Positions 50,681-60,556 of a stretch of DNA of 64,000 nucleotides are shown here, piece by piece. This DNA is from Actinomycetota bacterium (lineage in GTDB: Bacteria; Actinomycetota; Actinomycetes; Actinomycetales; Microbacteriaceae). Each line of letters begins with the position of its first letter. The first letter of the stretch is position 1. A program made the position numbers and the translations under genes. The stretch spans positions 1,026 through 65,025 of the forward strand of contig JBEDDI010000006.1 in assembly GCA_041176265.1 (NCBI GenBank), read 5' to 3'. A model generated the notes under the pieces. It did no database searches and had not been told where the DNA came from. It saw only the letters and a program-made list of their open reading frames with translations.

Positions 50681-52333
50681 ATGGCTATGCCTCAAGTTCG
50701 CGTTGCTCTGGCGCAAACCAACCCTCTGGTTGGCGATATCTCGGTCAATCTGGATCGTTGCTTTGCAGCCGTCGCGGATGCGGCAGCCGCAGGTGCCAAG
50801 CTCGTTCTATTTGGCGAAATGGTTGCGACCGGCTACCCCATTGAGGATCTCGCCCACCGCGAAAGTTTTGTGCGTTCCGCCGAAGACGCCGTCGCGGATT
50901 TTGCCCGCCGCCTCGACGACGCCGGCTTCGGCGCAATCGCGACCGTAATCGGTCACCCGAGCATTGCACCGAAAGCGAACGGTTGGGCTATCGCACACAA
51001 CACCGCTTCGGTACTGTTGGGCGGCAAAGTCATCGGCAACTATGCAAAGCATCACCTGCCCAACTACGGCGTCTTCGATGAACATCGCAACTTCCTGCCC
51101 GGCGATGAGTTGTTGACCTTCGAGCACCAAGGCCTCCGTTTTTCGGTGGTTATCTGCGAAGACATCTGGCAGGCAGGCGGTCCGGTGGCGCAAATCGGCC
51201 AGGCTGGCACGGATGTGACCCTCGTCTTGAATGGTTCGCCGTTCGAGATCGACAAGGACGACCGACGCCTCGCGCTAGTTCGCCAGATAGCTAAGACTCA
51301 CGGCACCGCCGTGGCGTATTGCAATTTGGTCGGTGGCCAAGATGATTTGGTCTTCGACGGCGATTCGCTGGTAATCGATGCAGCCGGTGAGGTGAAAGCA
51401 CGAGGATTGCAGTTCGCGGAAGACCTGCTGCTGCTCAATTTCGACGAGACTGGTGGCGTTGAAGTTGTTTCGGAGCCATCCGTCACGCGCGCCGACGACG
51501 ACTGGCAGGTCTGGAACGCACTGGTGCTCGGTCTGCGCGATTACGTCAACAAGAACGGCTTCAAGTCGGTCATTCTGGGAATGAGTGGCGGTATCGATAG
51601 CGCCGTCTGTGCGGCAATCGCGGCAGACGCCATCGGCGCCGATCGCGTGTTTGGTGTCAGCATGCCGAGCAAGTATTCGAGCGGCCACTCACGAAGCGAC
51701 GCCGACGACAGCGCGGAACGCATCGGCATGCACCTGCGTACCGAGAGCATCGAGGGGTACACGGCCGAGTTCGAGGGCGGATTGGCCCTCGAAGGGCTGG
51801 CAGCTGAGAACCTCCAGGCGCGCATGCGTGGCGTCATTCTGATGGCCCTCAGCAACAAGGAAGGTCATCTAGTGCTGACGACCGGCAACAAGACCGAGCT
51901 GGCTGTCGGCTACAGCACTATCTATGGTGACAGCGTGGGCGGCTATGCACCGTTGAAGGACGTCGAGAAGACCCTGGTCTGGCGCCTTGCGCGTTGGCGC
52001 AACGCGTACGCAGCTCAGAACGGCCTGACTCCCCCGATTCCCCAAAACTCGATTAGCAAACCGCCATCGGCCGAGCTGCGTCCAGACCAGGTCGATCAGG
52101 ACAGCTTGCCCGAATACGAGGTCTTGGACGCGATTCTTGACGCATACGTCGAGCGCCGCCTGAGTCGCGACGAAGTGGTCGCACTCGGCTTCGATTCGAC
52201 TACCGTAGACAAGGTGATTCGCCTCGTCGCAATCGCCGAGTGGAAGCGCCGACAAGGCGCAATCGGTCCGAAAATCACCTCGATGGCGTACGGTCGCGAC
52301 CGCCGAATGCCAATCACCAACCGCTACCGCTAG
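50681..52333 (+). CDS. nadE: Glutamine-dependent NAD+ synthetase (nitrilase-like plus NAD synthetase domains)
   Basis: 550 aa. CN-hydrolase triad contexts LVLFGEM, KHHLPNYGVFDE and VVICEDIW. ATP-PPase motif GMSGGIDSAV. Confidence 0.93.
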   Translation: MAMPQVRVALAQTNPLVGDISVNLDRCFAAVADAAAAGAKLVLFGEMVATGYPIEDLAHRESFVRSAEDAVADFARRLDDAGFGAIATVIGHPSIAPKANGWAIAHNTASVLLGGKVIGNYAKHHLPNYGVFDEHRNFLPGDELLTFEHQGLRFSVVICEDIWQAGGPVAQIGQAGTDVTLVLNGSPFEIDKDDRRLALVRQIAKTHGTAVAYCNLVGGQDDLVFDGDSLVIDAAGEVKARGLQFAEDLLLLNFDETGGVEVVSEPSVTRADDDWQVWNALVLGLRDYVNKNGFKSVILGMSGGIDSAVCAAIAADAIGADRVFGVSMPSKYSSGHSRSDADDSAERIGMHLRTESIEGYTAEFEGGLALEGLAAENLQARMRGVILMALSNKEGHLVLTTGNKTELAVGYSTIYGDSVGGYAPLKDVEKTLVWRLARWRNAYAAQNGLTPPIPQNSISKPPSAELRPDQVDQDSLPEYEVLDAILDAYVERRLSRDEVVALGFDSTTVDKVIRLVAIAEWKRRQGAIGPKITSMAYGRDRRMPITNRYR

Positions 52334-52350
52334 AAACATAAGGAAAAGCA

Positions 52351-52746
52351 ATGGCTGCAGAACGACTCATCTCATCGGCTGGACCATGGGAGTCTGTAAT
52401 TGGCTACTCTCGCGCGACCGTGTGCGGAGAATACGTGCACGTTTCGGGGAGCACCGCGACCGTTGACGGCAAGCTCCAGTTTGAGGGCGACGCATACGGT
52501 CAGACCAAGGTTGCATTCGAACAGGTCATCGCTACCGCGCTAGCCCAGGCAGGGCACACACTCGCAGACGTCGTCCGCACCCGGGTCTACCTAGCAAACG
52601 CCGAAGACATGGATGCGGTTGGCAAAGCACACGGCGAGCTATTCGGCGACATTCGCCCGGCTGCGACGATGCTCGCGGGAATCCAGTTCATCAATCCAGC
52701 GATGCTGGTTGAGATTGAGGTCGACAGCTGGAAGGCCAAGGCCTAG
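52351..52746 (+). CDS. RidA/YjgF-family protein
   Basis: 131 aa. Typical RidA length and pattern (VHVSGSTA...DAYGQTKVAFEQV...RTRVYL...MLVEIEVDS). Confidence 0.75.
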   Translation: MAAERLISSAGPWESVIGYSRATVCGEYVHVSGSTATVDGKLQFEGDAYGQTKVAFEQVIATALAQAGHTLADVVRTRVYLANAEDMDAVGKAHGELFGDIRPAATMLAGIQFINPAMLVEIEVDSWKAKA

Positions 52747-53559
52747 ATGACGCTCGACCCCAAGAAGGTTCGAATCACCCACCTCGCCGATTTCAAGGCG
52801 GCTGGTCACAAGTTCTCGTGCCTCACAAGCTACGACGCCCTAACCGCGTCGATCTTCGACGAGGCAGGCATTGAAGTACTTCTGGTTGGCGACTCGGCTG
52901 CCGATAACGCACTCGGCTACGACAACACGATGCCCGTGACCGTCGACGAGATGATTTCGCTTGGCCGAGCGGTGTCGGGTGCAACCAAGCGCGCACTTAC
53001 CGTAATCGACATGCCATTCGGGTCATACGAGCTCGGCCCCGACCAGGCCCTGGAGACAGCGCTAAGGATGGCTAAGTTCTCTGGCTGCAGCGCGGTAAAG
53101 CTAGAAGGCGGCGTGCGCTCCGCTACTCAGATCGCTCGCATCGTAGAGGCCGGCATCCCAGTAATGGGTCACATCGGCTTCACGCCTCAGAGCGTCAACG
53201 GTCTCGGCGGCTTCAAGGTACAAGGTCGAGGTGATGGCGCCGATGCCCTGATCGCAGACGCCAAGGCTGTCGCAGAGGCCGGCGCCTTTGCTGTGGTACT
53301 TGAACTGGTTCCCGCCGACCTCGCCGCTAGGGTGAGCGCGGAGATCGGCATCCCAACCGTTGGAATCGGTGCCGGTAGCGGGACCGACGGACAAATTCTT
53401 GTTTGGACTGACTTCGCCGGCATGAGCACACACAAGCCACGCAAGTTCGTGAAGCAGTATGCCGACCTTCGCGGCACTCTTCTTGCCGCCGCACAGGCTT
53501 ACCGTGCAGACGTCGCCGAGAAGCGTTTCCCGAACGCGGACCAGTCCTTCGCCGAATAG
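52747..53559 (+). CDS. panB: 3-methyl-2-oxobutanoate hydroxymethyltransferase
   Basis: 270 aa. LTSYDALTASIFDEAGIEVLLVGDS, VKLEGG and GHIGFTPQS. The ATG directly abuts the RidA stop. Confidence 0.94.
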   Translation: MTLDPKKVRITHLADFKAAGHKFSCLTSYDALTASIFDEAGIEVLLVGDSAADNALGYDNTMPVTVDEMISLGRAVSGATKRALTVIDMPFGSYELGPDQALETALRMAKFSGCSAVKLEGGVRSATQIARIVEAGIPVMGHIGFTPQSVNGLGGFKVQGRGDGADALIADAKAVAEAGAFAVVLELVPADLAARVSAEIGIPTVGIGAGSGTDGQILVWTDFAGMSTHKPRKFVKQYADLRGTLLAAAQAYRADVAEKRFPNADQSFAE

Positions 53560-53568
53560 GTTCGCGAG

Positions 53569-53778
53569 CTAGCTCCAGTCATCCTCGTCGTCTTGCTTGC
53601 GCATGGCTGCCGCTCGATCGGCCACCACTCGAAGCGCCCGCTCGGCCTGCTCACGCGTCGCGAACGGGCCGATTCGATAGCCAGCAACCGACTGCGGCCC
53701 GACCTCGACCAGCCCTGTTCTCTCGTTGAACCAGTACTGCGGGGTCTCGTCTTGCTCTGAATAACTGCGCTGCGCCAC
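53569..53778 (-). CDS. Small conserved hypothetical protein with acidic tail
   Basis: 69 aa. YWFNERTGLVEVGP...GPFATREQAERAL...DDEDDWS. Resembles the small protein commonly found next to map in actinobacteria. No function assignable. Confidence 0.5.
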   Translation of the reverse strand: MAQRSYSEQDETPQYWFNERTGLVEVGPQSVAGYRIGPFATREQAERALRVVADRAAAMRKQDDEDDWS

Positions 53779-53795
53779 ACGAATAGACTATTCCC

Positions 53796-54665
53796 ATGCC
53801 TCGCGACCCCAAGACCGGACACCTCATCCCCGGCCAGTTGTCGCCTCAGCGGCAGGTTCCGCCGGCCATCGTTCGCCCCGAATATGTGGGGAAGATTGCT
53901 CCTGCAAAGTTCACCGGATCCGACGTGAAGACCCCCGAGCAGATCGCCAAGATTCGCAGATCCGGGCGAATCGCAGCCCAGGCCGTGGAGCTAGTTGGCC
54001 AGCATGCAAGACCCGGTGTGACGACCGACGAATTAGACCGCATCGCGCACGAATTCCTGGTCAAGAACGGTGCCTACCCATCGACGCTGGGCTACCGCGG
54101 CTATCCCAAATCAATCTGCAGCTCGCTAAACGAGGTCATCTGTCACGGCATCCCCGATGACACGGTGCTGCAGGATGGCGACATCCTGAACATCGATATC
54201 ACCGCATACATCGACGGCTACCACGGCGACCTGAACCGCACGTTCCTGATCGGCGACGTGCGCCAGGAGGTTCGCGACCTGGTGGAGCGAACCCACGAGG
54301 CAATGACTCGCGGGATCAATGCAGCGCTGCCTGGCCGACAGGTCAACATCATCGGTCGCGCGATTGAGACCTACGCGAAGCGTTTCGGCTACGGAGTGGT
54401 GCGTGACTTCACCGGTCATGGCGTGGGCGAGGCATTCCACAGCGGACTGATCATTCCCCATTACGACTCTGCGCCTCAGTACGCAGATGAGATCAAGGTC
54501 GGCATGGTGTTCACCATCGAGCCGATGTTGACACTCGGCACCCACGAATGGGACATGTGGAGCGACGACTGGACGGTCACCACCAAGGACAAGTCTTGGA
54601 CTGCCCAATTTGAGCACACCATCGCAATTACCGAAGACGGCCCGGAGATCCTGACCCTGCCATAG
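53796..54665 (+). CDS. map: Type I methionine aminopeptidase
   Basis: 289 aa. VICHGIP, metal ligands in [24 protein letters not shown] and FEHT. Confidence 0.94.
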   Translation: MPRDPKTGHLIPGQLSPQRQVPPAIVRPEYVGKIAPAKFTGSDVKTPEQIAKIRRSGRIAAQAVELVGQHARPGVTTDELDRIAHEFLVKNGAYPSTLGYRGYPKSICSSLNEVICHGIPDDTVLQDGDILNIDITAYIDGYHGDLNRTFLIGDVRQEVRDLVERTHEAMTRGINAALPGRQVNIIGRAIETYAKRFGYGVVRDFTGHGVGEAFHSGLIIPHYDSAPQYADEIKVGMVFTIEPMLTLGTHEWDMWSDDWTVTTKDKSWTAQFEHTIAITEDGPEILTLP

Positions 54666-54698
54666 TGCAGGTCGGCATCGAGAGACTGGAGAGAGACC

Positions 54699-55460
54699 AT
54701 GGCAAAGAAAGCAATCGGCATCGATATCGGTGGCACTGGCATCAAGGCGGCCATCGTGAACGTCAAGAAGGGCGAGCTCGTCGGTGAACGCATCCGTGTC
54801 ATGACGCCAGAGGGTGGCGAACCAGCCGACATCGCACGTGTCGTTAGCGAACTGGTCGAGCAGCTGGGCGGAACGAAGGATGCTATGCCGGTCGGCATCT
54901 GCTTCCCTGCCGTCGTCAAGCACGGCCACACGATGAGCGCCGCAAACATCAGCAAGGACTGGATCGGGCTGGATGCCGAACGTATCTTTACCGAAGCTCT
55001 CGGTCGCCACGTACACATCGTGAATGACGCCGACGCGGCCGGAGTCGCCGAGGTCAAGTTCGGAGCCGCCCGCAAACACAAGGGTCTGGTCTTTATGAGC
55101 ACGCTCGGAACCGGTATCGGCACAGCCCTGTTTATCAAGGGTGAACTGGTGCCCAACGCCGAACTCGGTCACCTGGAGATCGATGGTGTCGACTACGAGA
55201 CCAAGGCTGCTTACTCGGCCATGGAGCGCGAACAGTTGAGCTTCGCAGAATGGGCCAAACGCCTTCAGCGCTATTTCTCGACAGTGGAACGACTGTTCTC
55301 GCCCGACTTGATCATCGTCGGCGGTGGCATCAGCAAGTCACACGAGGAGTTCTTGCCGCTGTTGACCCTAAACGCAGACATTGTTCCCGCCCTCAAGCGC
55401 AACAACGCCGGAATCCTCGGCGCCGCAGCACTCGCGTACAAGAACCGCGACGACAACTAG
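54699..55460 (+). CDS. ppgK: Polyphosphate glucokinase (ROK family)
   Basis: 253 aa. IGIDIGGTGIKAA, VNDADAAG and ELGHLE, typical of actinobacterial PpgK. Confidence 0.88.
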   Translation: MAKKAIGIDIGGTGIKAAIVNVKKGELVGERIRVMTPEGGEPADIARVVSELVEQLGGTKDAMPVGICFPAVVKHGHTMSAANISKDWIGLDAERIFTEALGRHVHIVNDADAAGVAEVKFGAARKHKGLVFMSTLGTGIGTALFIKGELVPNAELGHLEIDGVDYETKAAYSAMEREQLSFAEWAKRLQRYFSTVERLFSPDLIIVGGGISKSHEEFLPLLTLNADIVPALKRNNAGILGAAALAYKNRDDN

Positions 55461-55471
55461 ACAGAATTGAA

Positions 55472-55820
55472 ACTGGAGGGCCGGCCGATACGCCGGGTTC
55501 TGTCCCCTTGCGGGTGACGGTCATCTATCTAGGAGTGCCGTTGCCGACACCCTCAAGCGATCTACCCGTGAACTCGAGCGAGCAGCTCTTGGCGTTCACT
55601 GTCTGATCTTGCTCCAGACGAGGTTTACCTAGCCGAGGCGCTCACACGCCTCGCTGGTGGGCTCTTACCCCACCGTTTCAGCCTTACCGATTGCTCGGCG
55701 GTCTACTCTCTGTTGCACTTTCTCGCGGGTTACCCCGGGTGGCCGTTAGCCACCGTCTTGCTCTGCGGAGCCCGGACGTTCCTCGACTTGCGTCGCGACC
55801 GCCTGGCCGACCCTTCCAGT
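55472..55820 (-). ncRNA. rnpB: RNase P RNA (bacterial type A)
   Basis: The minus strand contains GAGGAACGUCCGGGCUCCGCAGAGC (CR-I/P4), GGCUGAAACGGUGGGGUAAGAGCCCACC, and ACAGAACCCGGCGUAUCGGCC (CR-V/P4). P1 forms between ACUGGAAGGGUCGGCC (5') and GGCCGGCCCUCCAGU (3'). The ends are approximate, within about 5 nt. Confidence 0.9.
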
Positions 55821-55844
55821 TCGTCTAGGTTAGCCGATTCGTGG

Positions 55845-57014
55845 CTAAACGAGGTGGCTCGTGGAATTCATCGTCACGATCTCGGCGGCTTGATCGCCCC
55901 AGAATCGAACGATCGAGATGCTGCACGGCGAAATCTGTGGACGCCAGTATGCGCTGATGCCACCCTCGTTTGCCGCACGCAGAAAGCCGCGCGTCGGCAT
56001 CACGTGTGAAACGACAACGACGGTGCTGCCAACGTTAGCGGCGAGAATCTCGCGACGGCCGCGTTGCACACGCAGATCGAAGGCCTCGAGCGATTCGCCG
56101 CCTGGAGGTGAGTAACTCCATGAGCCCTGCCATTCGGCAAATTCCTGGGGCCACTTGGCCTTGACCTCGTCGTTAGTGTGCCCATCCCAGACACCGAAAG
56201 AAATCTCGGCGATGTCGCCGTTCGTTGCTACCTCAAGCCCTAGGCGTTCGCCGATGATCTGAGCCGTGTGTACCGTGCGGTTGATCGGGCTGGCAATTAG
56301 GACGCTCGGCTTCGGCAGGTGCGCCCAGGGGCCGCTGATGCCAATCTTGGCGAGCTCTGCTGCGACCTTTTCTGCGTCGTGCACGCCCGCGTCACTAAGG
56401 AACGGATTCTCGCCAGCCGAGCCAGAGATCTTCTTCGATTCGGTTAGAGCGGTACGTCCGTGGCGAACCAGGATGACGGTGGTCAGTGGCGCCGTAACGC
56501 CACCGGGGGCACGCACCGAGGAAGGTAGCTCGTGGTTGAACTCGACGACAGACGAGATTGCCTCGCCAGTCGTGGTTGGCTGGGCCTGACCGGGTTCGTT
56601 GACCGAGTCCGCCGATTCGTCCATGGCCTTGTTGGCAAGCGCATCGGCACGCGCGTTTCGCTCGCGTGGAATCCATTCGAAAGTCGCTCGTAGCCCCGCA
56701 ACGAGAACGTTGGCGCGCGCCGCCAACTGCTGCATGTCTGGGTGCTTCACTTTCCAGTTGCCCGACATCTGTTCGATGACCAACTTGGAGTCCATACGTA
56801 CGTGCACCGAGGCACCGGGTTTGGCGACCGAGATCCACTCGAGAGCAGAAATTAGGCCGATGTATTCTGCGACGTTGTTGGTTGCGATTCCGACGAATCG
56901 TGCGATCTCGGCGATAGGGCGATCGGTAGCGGGATCTAGGACGACGGCGCCCGAGCCGGCAGGCCCAGGGTTTCCGCGCGAGCCGCCGTCGGCTTCAACA
57001 ATGAAGTCGACCAA
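55845..57014 (-). CDS. Bifunctional RNase HI / histidine-phosphatase (CobC-like) protein
   Basis: 389 aa. N-terminal RNase H (EADGGSRGNPGPAG, NNVAEY, DSKLV, NARADALAN). C-terminal phosphoglycerate-mutase-like domain (ILVRHGRT...). Same architecture as M. tuberculosis Rv2228c. TTG start abuts the upstream stop. Confidence 0.88.
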   Translation of the reverse strand: MVDFIVEADGGSRGNPGPAGSGAVVLDPATDRPIAEIARFVGIATNNVAEYIGLISALEWISVAKPGASVHVRMDSKLVIEQMSGNWKVKHPDMQQLAARANVLVAGLRATFEWIPRERNARADALANKAMDESADSVNEPGQAQPTTTGEAISSVVEFNHELPSSVRAPGGVTAPLTTVILVRHGRTALTESKKISGSAGENPFLSDAGVHDAEKVAAELAKIGISGPWAHLPKPSVLIASPINRTVHTAQIIGERLGLEVATNGDIAEISFGVWDGHTNDEVKAKWPQEFAEWQGSWSYSPPGGESLEAFDLRVQRGRREILAANVGSTVVVVSHVMPTRGFLRAANEGGISAYWRPQISPCSISIVRFWGDQAAEIVTMNSTSHLV

Positions 57015-57731
57015 TTAGCCACGCACCAAGAACGCGTTGCACTCAGGGCACTCAGCCAGTTCGTTTTCTGGCAACGAGCTAATGCGCGCGTGAGCGACCG
57101 CGTCGAGGCCGATGTGGCAGGCCGAGCAGTCTCGCTGTACGAGTCGGCCAACCGGCACACCGCGGGCTGCCTTGCGCTCGTATGCGGCTAGAAGTTCGGC
57201 AGGTATGCGAGCGGCCATAGTCGCTCGATCTGCAGACTGCAGTGTCATCCCCGACTGAAGTCGCATGACTTCTTGTTCGTCAAGCTTCAGCAGGCCAGCA
57301 AGTTCCTCATCCAGACTCGCGCGCTGCGCCTGTAGTCGATCGAAGTCTGCCTTGAGAATCTCCAGTTGTTCCATGATTGCAAGCTCGACATCCTCAAGTT
57401 CGGAACGTCGGCGTGCGAGGGTTGCGAGTTCGTGCTGTATTCCGGATGCGATGGATGGCACCGAGGTCTGCTTCAACTGCTGTTGGTCTTTGGCCTCACG
57501 GGCCCCTACTAGCTTGAGGTCGGTCTCGGTGCGCTTGAGTTCAAGCTCCGCGTCGTCCAGGGCGTTTCTCGCGGCAAGCATCGAGGCCGAAAGAGCACGT
57601 GCCTGCTCTTTGATTTCTTCGTGCTGCTCTGGGCTGCGCAATTTCGCAACGGCTCGCTTAGCTCGCGCGATCTCGCTGTCGATAGCGACCAGCGAAAGTA
57701 GTTCCTGCTGCTGAATTTGCGTAGCTTGCAT
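57015..57731 (-). CDS. Coiled-coil / C4 zinc-ribbon protein (COG1579, Rv2229c-like)
   Basis: 238 aa. Long heptad-rich region, then C-terminal CSACHIGL...CPECNAFL. Confidence 0.8.
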   Translation of the reverse strand: MQATQIQQQELLSLVAIDSEIARAKRAVAKLRSPEQHEEIKEQARALSASMLAARNALDDAELELKRTETDLKLVGAREAKDQQQLKQTSVPSIASGIQHELATLARRRSELEDVELAIMEQLEILKADFDRLQAQRASLDEELAGLLKLDEQEVMRLQSGMTLQSADRATMAARIPAELLAAYERKAARGVPVGRLVQRDCSACHIGLDAVAHARISSLPENELAECPECNAFLVRG

Positions 57732-57749
57732 GTTTAGTTTTCTCTCGAT

Positions 57750-58571
57750 TCAGTTGACGACGAAATCCCACGGGTCGGTGCATAGGCCCGACACGACGAT
57801 CTGCGCGTCTTCAAAGATACCCGCCAATTGCTGCTCGGCGACTCTGAGCCAGAGCGATTCGGCCGCCCAATGCGGCACATCGATGAGGGCAAAGGCACGC
57901 CCCGCGGCTCCTGCCGACTCGAGCGCATCCTGTGCAGGGTGGTGGCGCAGGTCACTCGTGACGTAAACATCGGCGCCCGACGCCGCTGCGGCAGCCAGGA
58001 ACGAGTCACCGGCGCCACCCAGTACAGCGACGCGTTTGATCTGTTGAACGCGCGAACCGGCAACCCGCAACCCCGACGCAGTAGCTGGAAGCACAGTCCC
58101 TACGGCTTCAGCAAAGGCAGCCAGGCTCATCGGTGCCGGAAGATTTCCGACACGTCCGTGACCGATTGTGGCTGCCTCAGAAACTGGCTGTAACGGCATC
58201 ACATCCACCAGACCGATGGCCGCTGCAAGCGTGTCGGATACGCCGCCATGGACGATGTCAGCATTCGTGTGTGCTGCAAAGAGCGCGATGCCGTGCCGAA
58301 TTGCTCGGGCGACAACAGCGCCCTTGAGAGTGTTTTCCGCGAGCGAAGTCACTCCGCGCATTAGGTATGGGTGGTGACTGATGACTAGGTCAAAGCCTCC
58401 ATCAAGCGCCTCATCGAGGACCTGCGAGGTTACATCCACCGAAAGCAGGATGCGCTTTACGCTCTGGTTCGGGTCACCCACGACCAGCCCAGGCGCATCC
58501 CAATCCTCGGCACCGGCACTAGGCCAATAGTTCTCGGCAGCCGCCACTACCTGTGCCACGGTATAGGTCAT
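57750..58571 (-). CDS. Nif3-like dinuclear metal centre protein
   Basis: 273 aa. AEDWDAPGLVVGD, LVISHHPYL, AAHTNAD and C-terminal DVPHWAAE. Confidence 0.88.
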   Translation of the reverse strand: MTYTVAQVVAAAENYWPSAGAEDWDAPGLVVGDPNQSVKRILLSVDVTSQVLDEALDGGFDLVISHHPYLMRGVTSLAENTLKGAVVARAIRHGIALFAAHTNADIVHGGVSDTLAAAIGLVDVMPLQPVSEAATIGHGRVGNLPAPMSLAAFAEAVGTVLPATASGLRVAGSRVQQIKRVAVLGGAGDSFLAAAAASGADVYVTSDLRHHPAQDALESAGAAGRAFALIDVPHWAAESLWLRVAEQQLAGIFEDAQIVVSGLCTDPWDFVVN

Positions 58572-60493
58572 TGATCGAATCCCAACTCTCGGTTGCCATC
58601 AAAGATGTCTGCAAGATCGCGTCTGCGAGCCTCAATCGAGAGTACCTCTCGCTCCTGCCGCTTGATGCGCGGGATACCCAGTAGCAACGGGCCCAGGAGG
58701 CCGACAACGCCTGCCGCGAATAGACCGAGGTTTGCGGTCAAAGCGCCAGCAGGTTCGACGATGAGCGCTCCTTCGATGCGAGTTCCGAAGAGATCCGCAG
58801 CGGTCATCGCGTAGCCCAAGACAACTGCGACCAGCCAGAATGCCAAGTTGACCCAGTTCGCCGAGCCATAAAACCCGTATGCCCGACTCAGCGAAACCTC
58901 GTGATAAGCGATGCGACGCAAGAGCACGTCTGCTACGAAGACGCCGGCCCACGCAGCGACCGGAACACCGAACCCGAGGGCGAGGCCAGCAAGGTTCTGC
59001 CAGACACCACCCTGCGCAAGCAGGGGGTAGCCGAGTCCGGCAATCAACCAGGCGAGCGCCGCAAGCACGCTGGCCCCGGTGGCCGCCTTCAACTTGAGTC
59101 CGATCGCCTGCATGCCGAGATTTGCCGAGTACAGCGACATGGCGATCCAGACAACGAGCGTGGAGACCAGGCCCGGCACGAGAAGCTCGATGGCCCACTG
59201 TGGCAACGCAGCGCTGAGTTGCAGGACCGGATTGGAAGCCTTCGCAAGACCTAAGTCCGAAAATGCTGCTGCAGAGACGACGCCAACTATTGTGGGAACG
59301 ACGGCAAGGCCGACCAACGCCCAACCAACGACCCGCAGGCCCAAAGCGCTATTTGGCAACTTGCGAGCGAAGTCTGCGCCCGAGGAAACCCAGGCCAAGC
59401 CCATGCAAGCGACGATGAGGATGGCAGCCGTCAGGACTTCGAGATTTGAGACCCCCTCGCTGAAATCGAGCTTGGCATTGCTGAGGTGCGGAGCCTCCGC
59501 GATCAGAATCACCGCGGCCACGGCGACACCGAACAAGCCACCGAGCTTTTGGAGCGAGGCCAGGACGCGACCACCCCAGGCCGTAGCGAGCCCCGCCAAC
59601 GCAAGCACTAGCGCGACGTACCCGGCACTCCAGGAGACATCGAAACCACCGACCGATATAACGGACTTCTCGGGAGCTGGAAGGTAGTCGGTGCTTGCAC
59701 CAAGCAGGACCGCAGCCGCAACGGCCGCGGCAACGACCCAAAAAAACTTGCTCAGCAGAACGGGGACGATTGGCAGCACGTTGGCACGAACACCGAACGC
59801 CGCGCGACTAATCACGGCGGTTGGCAAGCCACTTCGCTTACCGGCGAGAGAGCCGATGCTGATGATGACAGCGGAGCCGATGAAACCGAGGGCGAGAGCG
59901 GCCGCGTTCTGCCCGAAAGAAAAACCGAGCTTGGCTAGCATCGCGGCGACAAGCACCGGTACGGCCGTGCCCGCTATACCGAACCACGCCCAAAACTGCG
60001 ATGCGGGCTGCTGGCGGTCGTTAGAGGTTGCGAAGTCGAGCAGTCTGCGCCCGATACTCGTCAACGTGCCCGTGACCTTGACTTGCTCTGGTCTTGGTAC
60101 GGGCAGCTCAAATTCAGTTGCAGGGCCAATCTCGAAGCTGGCGTCTAGCTCGAGGAGTTGCTCTGGCGAAGGCACAAACTGCGAATCTGTGGACGGTTCG
60201 ATCGGAAAAATGCTGTTCGCTTCCGACGCTGCGACAGCCGAAAGCTCGGCAAGCGCGTGTGGCGCGTAGGTGCTCAGCGCTAATCGCGACTGTGCGCTAT
60301 TTTCCGAGACCATCTGCGCGACCCAATTTTCGAAGTCGGCTTGATCCTGCTGCCGGAGCTCGGTCTCACGCTCTAGAAGGTGCATCGATTGCAACGTGCC
60401 CAGTTCGTCCATGCGATCCGAGCCCAACGCCTCGAGCAGCGCTTCATCGGTCATCGCAGCGCGTGCGGGTGGTTCATAACGCGCTGAAGACAT
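58568..60493 (-). CDS. Putative NCS1/cytosine-purine permease-like transporter with about 160-aa N-terminal cytoplasmic extension
   Basis: 641 aa. About 12 TM helices from residue 165 onward. GKRSGLPTAVISRAAFGVRAN resembles the conserved NCS1/CodB loop. The N-terminal soluble region has no recognisable motif. ATGA overlap with nif3. Confidence 0.6.
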   Translation of the reverse strand: MSSARYEPPARAAMTDEALLEALGSDRMDELGTLQSMHLLERETELRQQDQADFENWVAQMVSENSAQSRLALSTYAPHALAELSAVAASEANSIFPIEPSTDSQFVPSPEQLLELDASFEIGPATEFELPVPRPEQVKVTGTLTSIGRRLLDFATSNDRQQPASQFWAWFGIAGTAVPVLVAAMLAKLGFSFGQNAAALALGFIGSAVIISIGSLAGKRSGLPTAVISRAAFGVRANVLPIVPVLLSKFFWVVAAAVAAAVLLGASTDYLPAPEKSVISVGGFDVSWSAGYVALVLALAGLATAWGGRVLASLQKLGGLFGVAVAAVILIAEAPHLSNAKLDFSEGVSNLEVLTAAILIVACMGLAWVSSGADFARKLPNSALGLRVVGWALVGLAVVPTIVGVVSAAAFSDLGLAKASNPVLQLSAALPQWAIELLVPGLVSTLVVWIAMSLYSANLGMQAIGLKLKAATGASVLAALAWLIAGLGYPLLAQGGVWQNLAGLALGFGVPVAAWAGVFVADVLLRRIAYHEVSLSRAYGFYGSANWVNLAFWLVAVVLGYAMTAADLFGTRIEGALIVEPAGALTANLGLFAAGVVGLLGPLLLGIPRIKRQEREVLSIEARRRDLADIFDGNRELGFDQ

Positions 60494-60556
60494 GCCTAAA
60501 TGCTAACCAACGGTTAAACGAAAACCGAGGTGATTTGCATCACCTCGGTCTATTCG

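Noticed and set aside
54126-55172. 348-aa and 226-aa minus-strand ORFs spanning map and ppgK
   Set aside because: Both are antisense to two strongly supported genes and cross their intergenic gap. Composition is biased (Asp/Val/Gly/His runs) and no family motifs are present.
55713-56009. 98-aa plus-strand ORF
   Set aside because: It lies on top of the RNase P RNA (opposite strand) and the 3' end of the RNase HI/CobC gene. The conserved RNase P core explains the sequence.
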